DNA of 64,000 bases from Candidatus Pacearchaeota archaeon (lineage in GTDB: Archaea; Nanobdellota; Nanobdellia; Pacearchaeales; JAPDKA01), in the NCBI GenBank assembly GCA_038840695.1, contig JAWBVE010000003.1:16784-80783 (forward strand). Direction: 5' to 3'. Position 1 is the first letter of the stretch, and each line of letters opens with the position of its first letter. This document shows positions 60,265-64,000 of this stretch, in pieces. The notes under the pieces are model-generated. The model was given only the letters and a program-made list of their open reading frames with translations. It searched no databases and was not told where the DNA came from. Made by a program: the position numbers and the translations under genes.

Positions 60265-62292
60265 TTAAAATTTAATTTCTACGCCAGTCGAAATTCCGAA
60301 ATTGGTTGAGCCGTCAATCTCACCACATCCAAAAATGTCAATGCTTTCATTAACACTCCCTCGACCGCAAAGCCCAATGCGATCAGCCCCATTTCTATCC
60401 AAAGTATAACTTCCTTTCACTCCAAATTTATCATTGCCGTAACCAACTGTAAAAGTATAAGCTGGCTTTTGGTCTTTTCCATAGCTAATATCGACTCCAC
60501 CATAGAAATTTCTGCCTTTAGTTAATAGCCTATATTCATTTAGCTTATTAAATTTTTCAGGGCTTATCTGATAATTTAAATAGAATGAATTTCTTGTTTC
60601 GATGTAGCTAGGGTTTACATACCACACAGAGGCTGTATTTTTTGAATCATCTTTTAAATAATTAAGCACTAGCGAATTTGGACCAAGCTTCTGGGAAAAG
60701 TAAAGAATGCCTTCAATATGATCAGTGCCCTTAATTTCTGGGCCTATGTTGACTACTGGAATAGCTTCCACGACTAATTTATCATTTTCATAGCCTAAGA
60801 CAGCTCCAATCGGAAAAACTCTATGTGTTCTCTTTGTTATTAGCTCATAATTTTCTGAAACATAATTTTGGCTTGAAAATGGCTGCCTCGAAACTTCTTC
60901 ACCATTAATATAAACTATGTTCTCTCCTTCGACTTTATTATTTATAGTTTGCACAAGACTTAATTTGTTTTTTGCCTTGCTTTCTTCTATGCCAAAGAGT
61001 AGGCCAAGCAAAAAGTGCCCTCCACCAACTTTAATTCCCTCATTCAAAAAAGTTCCTCTAAATTTTATAAAGCGCTCGTCTGTCTTGCTAAGTCCTTTGA
61101 TATTAACAAAGTTCTCTACTGTTCCCTGTGTTACACTGCATATCTCGAATGGATCGTTTTGACAAATTCTATCATAGAGTGTTTCTTGGCTCTCGCTATG
61201 ATAATTGATTATATCTTGGCTTGATTTTGTTGCAAGATTTAAATAGCCGCCCAAGCTAAAACCTTTCCCTAGCCAGCCTTTTGCATAAAGATAATAGGTG
61301 TTAGGACTCTCAGAGAAACTGTATTTTTCCCAGCGCTTAAAGTTAAGGCCAAAGCCGCCTTCAACATATTTTGAATTTAGGTCAAATGTTACTGTTGTAT
61401 CTTGCACTTGGCCAGATGTATTAAAAAGCTCTCCTGTTAGGCTAAGATTTTTATCAAGCTCAACGTTTCCAGTTAGGATGCCCTCAATATTGCCTTTACT
61501 ATCATAGCTAAGAATAGCCTCAACACTATTTTTTGAGCCTTCTGCTGGTCGCGCTTTTCCCTTTATTATTTTCTTTTCTTTTGGCTTTTGTTTTTCTGCT
61601 TCGGTTTCATAAGTTTCAAACTCTTTCTCTTCCTCCAAACCTCTCTCTTCCTTCAAACCTTCCTTTTCCTCAAAACCTCCCCCTCCCTTCAAACCTCTCT
61701 CTTCCTCCAAACCTTCCCCTCTCTTCCTTGCCTTTTCTTCTTCTTTTATTTCTTTTTCGAGCTCTTTAATTATTTTTTCTTCTATTGTTCCAGGCTTAGC
61801 TACCATAACTTCTTGTCTGGCTTGTTTGTCTTTAAATTTTATATCATAAGCTGGTGGATTAAGTAATTCCATAATATTAGTGTGATCCTCTTTAGGCAAG
61901 CTTTTTAAGTTTACTTGAATACTCCCTCCTCCTAAAACTGAAATTAAAGCTTCGCCCTCTCTAGGCGATGCAAAAAATCCAATTGCAGTAACAGGATTTG
62001 TTACACCAAAGCAATAGCTTAACGCCTTTTGAAGTTCTTCATCCTTAATTGTATAAACTGTGCCAGAAGCGAATTCAGATTTTTCAATGCTATTTTTGTA
62101 CTCTTCCTCCTTTCTTTGGCCCCAAAATTGCTCTGCTTTAGGGCATTCAGGGTTTGTTGCTGTAAGCTCTATCGTTGGAGATAGCCCAATGCTAAGAGCT
62201 AGAAGCATTGGCATCACTATTTTTTTTATTTTGCTTTTTTTGCTTTCTTTGCTTTCTAGGAGCTTTTCTAAATTTTCTAAAATTTTTGTCAT
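60265..62292 (-). CDS. Exported orphan protein with C-terminal beta-barrel-like domain
   Basis: Hydrophobic leader, acidic repeat linker, ~420 aa of amphipathic strands, ends STGVEIKF. Confidence 0.55.
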   Translation of the reverse strand: MTKILENLEKLLESKESKKSKIKKIVMPMLLALSIGLSPTIELTATNPECPKAEQFWGQRKEEEYKNSIEKSEFASGTVYTIKDEELQKALSYCFGVTNPVTAIGFFASPREGEALISVLGGGSIQVNLKSLPKEDHTNIMELLNPPAYDIKFKDKQARQEVMVAKPGTIEEKIIKELEKEIKEEEKARKRGEGLEEERGLKGGGGFEEKEGLKEERGLEEEKEFETYETEAEKQKPKEKKIIKGKARPAEGSKNSVEAILSYDSKGNIEGILTGNVELDKNLSLTGELFNTSGQVQDTTVTFDLNSKYVEGGFGLNFKRWEKYSFSESPNTYYLYAKGWLGKGFSLGGYLNLATKSSQDIINYHSESQETLYDRICQNDPFEICSVTQGTVENFVNIKGLSKTDERFIKFRGTFLNEGIKVGGGHFLLGLLFGIEESKAKNKLSLVQTINNKVEGENIVYINGEEVSRQPFSSQNYVSENYELITKRTHRVFPIGAVLGYENDKLVVEAIPVVNIGPEIKGTDHIEGILYFSQKLGPNSLVLNYLKDDSKNTASVWYVNPSYIETRNSFYLNYQISPEKFNKLNEYRLLTKGRNFYGGVDISYGKDQKPAYTFTVGYGNDKFGVKGSYTLDRNGADRIGLCGRGSVNESIDIFGCGEIDGSTNFGISTGVEIKF

Positions 62293-62393
62293 TTTAAAAT
62301 CATAAAAAAAAATTATATTTAAAAAGCTTTCGATAATTTTTTATTACTAAGTTATAACATCTTTTTTTGCATGGTTTAACAGTTTAGCATTGC

Positions 62394-62669
62394 TCAGATT
62401 TCACTCTCCTCCATGGCCCGCCTTATACTAATTAAAATAATAATGATCAAAATTATCATAAAAATGATGAGAAGGATAAAGAAAATCAAGAAACCTGTTG
62501 AATAATTAGCAGCATAGCCGGGCATGTTCACAACAGCTTTTCCTGTAAGCGTCGGTGAATTGAGACTTTTGAAAAAAATAAAAATTAGTACAAAAATCGA
62601 GATTAAGAGCAAAAGCACTAGGATTGCTCTTGGATAGCCCTCCTCGACTCTTTCTTCATTGTAATCCAT
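62394..62669 (-). CDS. Small two-TM membrane protein
   Basis: Two strongly hydrophobic helices around TLTGKAV. Confidence 0.65.
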   Translation of the reverse strand: MDYNEERVEEGYPRAILVLLLLISIFVLIFIFFKSLNSPTLTGKAVVNMPGYAANYSTGFLIFFILLIIFMIILIIIILISIRRAMEESEI

Positions 62670-62736
62670 TAAAATAGATCGATTAAAAGTTTTTAAATTT
62701 AATTTGATTAATAAATTAAATTTGTTTAATTTTAAA

Positions 62737-63624
62737 ATGCAAAAAAAGGGGTTAAAAAACTTTGAGAAAATATGCTCTGATATAAAAGCTGCAAGAATTC
62801 AGGGTGCAGAAGCCATAGCTAAAGCTGCTCTCGAGGCATTAACATATAGGCATGATAAAGCAGCCATAGAAAGACTTGTAAGGCTAAGGCCTACAGAGCC
62901 AACACTAAGAAATGCAATAGTTATAGCGAGTAGCTTAGTCGATAAAGGTAAAAGTTGGGATGAAGCGATAGCAAGTGTTAAGCATTACTTTGAAATTTTT
63001 GATGCAAAAATTGATGAATATGCTGCAAGGCTAATTAAAGATAATGCGATAATTTATACACATTGTCATAGCAGCACTGTAGAAAAAGCACTAAAGCTTG
63101 CATGGCAAAAGGGCAAGAGATTTGAGGTTTATGTTACTGAAACGAGGCCTCTTTTTCAAGGCAGAATAACTGCTGAAAGACTAGCTAGAGCTGGGATTCC
63201 TGTCACGCTTGCTGTTGATAGTGCTGCCAGAGCCTTAATAAGAAAAGCTGACATGTTTTTGTTTGGAGCAGATGCCATAACAAGTGAGGGAAATGTAATA
63301 AATAAGATCGGCACAGGTACATTTGCTGAAATAGCACAAAGCTATGATGTGCCTTGTTATTGCTTGGCAATAGGTTTAAAATATGATCCTGTTACGAGAT
63401 ATGGCTATGAAGAGCCTATCGAAGAAAGACCTACAAGCGAGGTTTGGGATAAGAGAATTAAAAATTTGAAAATCTTAAATCCAGCTTTTGAAGTAGTTGA
63501 GGCAAAGAACATAAATGCGATAATAAGTGAGTTTGGCATTCTTAGGCCAGCCGATTTTGTTTTAAAAATTAGTCAGCTCTGGGAAAAAGACGGCATAATC
63601 GAAAACTTGAGACTATTTAGCTAG
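62737..63624 (+). CDS. Ribose-1,5-bisphosphate isomerase (eIF-2B family)
   Basis: IQGA, RPTEP, THCHS (catalytic Cys), TETRP.FQG, GADAI (catalytic Asp), NKIGT; ATG at 62737. Confidence 0.85.
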   Translation: MQKKGLKNFEKICSDIKAARIQGAEAIAKAALEALTYRHDKAAIERLVRLRPTEPTLRNAIVIASSLVDKGKSWDEAIASVKHYFEIFDAKIDEYAARLIKDNAIIYTHCHSSTVEKALKLAWQKGKRFEVYVTETRPLFQGRITAERLARAGIPVTLAVDSAARALIRKADMFLFGADAITSEGNVINKIGTGTFAEIAQSYDVPCYCLAIGLKYDPVTRYGYEEPIEERPTSEVWDKRIKNLKILNPAFEVVEAKNINAIISEFGILRPADFVLKISQLWEKDGIIENLRLFS

Positions 63625-63729
63625 CTCCTGCGCATGCTTAACAGTTAGCACTTGTTAAGCTAAAAGTTATTTTTTATTACAGCTTTATTTAAAAATACTA
63701 AAATACCTTTATATTAAATACCTTTGGAA

Positions 63730-64000
63730 ATGGCAAGGCCCTCGAAAGATGAATATTATCTAAATATAGCTAGAGAAATATCTTCGAGAGGGACTTGTTT
63801 AAGACGTAGTGTTGGGGCCATTATAGTAAAGAATGATAGAATAGTCTCGACTGGCTATGTTGGCGCTCCAAGAAAAGAAATTAATTGTACTGATTATGGG
63901 CAATGTCTGCGAGAAAAACTTAAAATCCCTTCTGGCCAATTCTATGAAATTTGTCGAAGTGTTCATGCAGAAGAAAATGCAATAATAAATGCTGCAGCAA
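63730..64000 (+). CDS. dCMP deaminase family protein (partial, runs off window)
   Basis: DEYYLNIA, TCLRRSVGA, TGYVGAP, CRSVHAEENAI. Confidence 0.9.
   Translation, partial: MARPSKDEYYLNIAREISSRGTCLRRSVGAIIVKNDRIVSTGYVGAPRKEINCTDYGQCLREKLKIPSGQFYEICRSVHAEENAIINAAA

Noticed and set aside
62704-63624. Translation factor eIF-2B
   Set aside because: Catalytic Cys and Asp motifs favour a sugar-phosphate isomerase

Overview
AT- and Lys-rich chromosomal segment of a DPANN archaeon, most likely Pacearchaeota/Woesearchaeota-like (inferred from gene content). Evidence: archaeal ATP-dependent ligase, eL15, PheS/PheT, Kae1, Taw1, Pop5, R15P isomerase, CCA-less tRNAs and TATA/BRE promoters. It holds about 55 CDS, mostly housekeeping and salvage genes, plus bacterial-type gyrAB, Lgt and MetRS. 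There are 7 tRNAs, including an intron-containing tRNA-Ile with a UAU anticodon. No rRNA, CRISPR array, integrase, transposase or reverse transcriptase was seen. Most notable observations: (1) a 675-aa exported protein whose C-terminal ~420 aa read like a transmembrane beta-barrel ending in a textbook beta-signal, in a genome that also has Lgt and a lipobox protein; (2) two mosaic paralogues with a conserved N-domain, an optional ~197-aa module and 7 vs 8 variable 25-aa helical repeats, one of them flanked by tRNA-Glu 5'-end direct repeats; (3) an endonuclease V lacking its catalytic aspartates; (4) a PIN + nucleotidyltransferase pair; (5) a 2154-aa adhesin; (6) pervasive micro-duplications at gene and tRNA ends. 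All family assignments come from recalled motifs; no searches were run.
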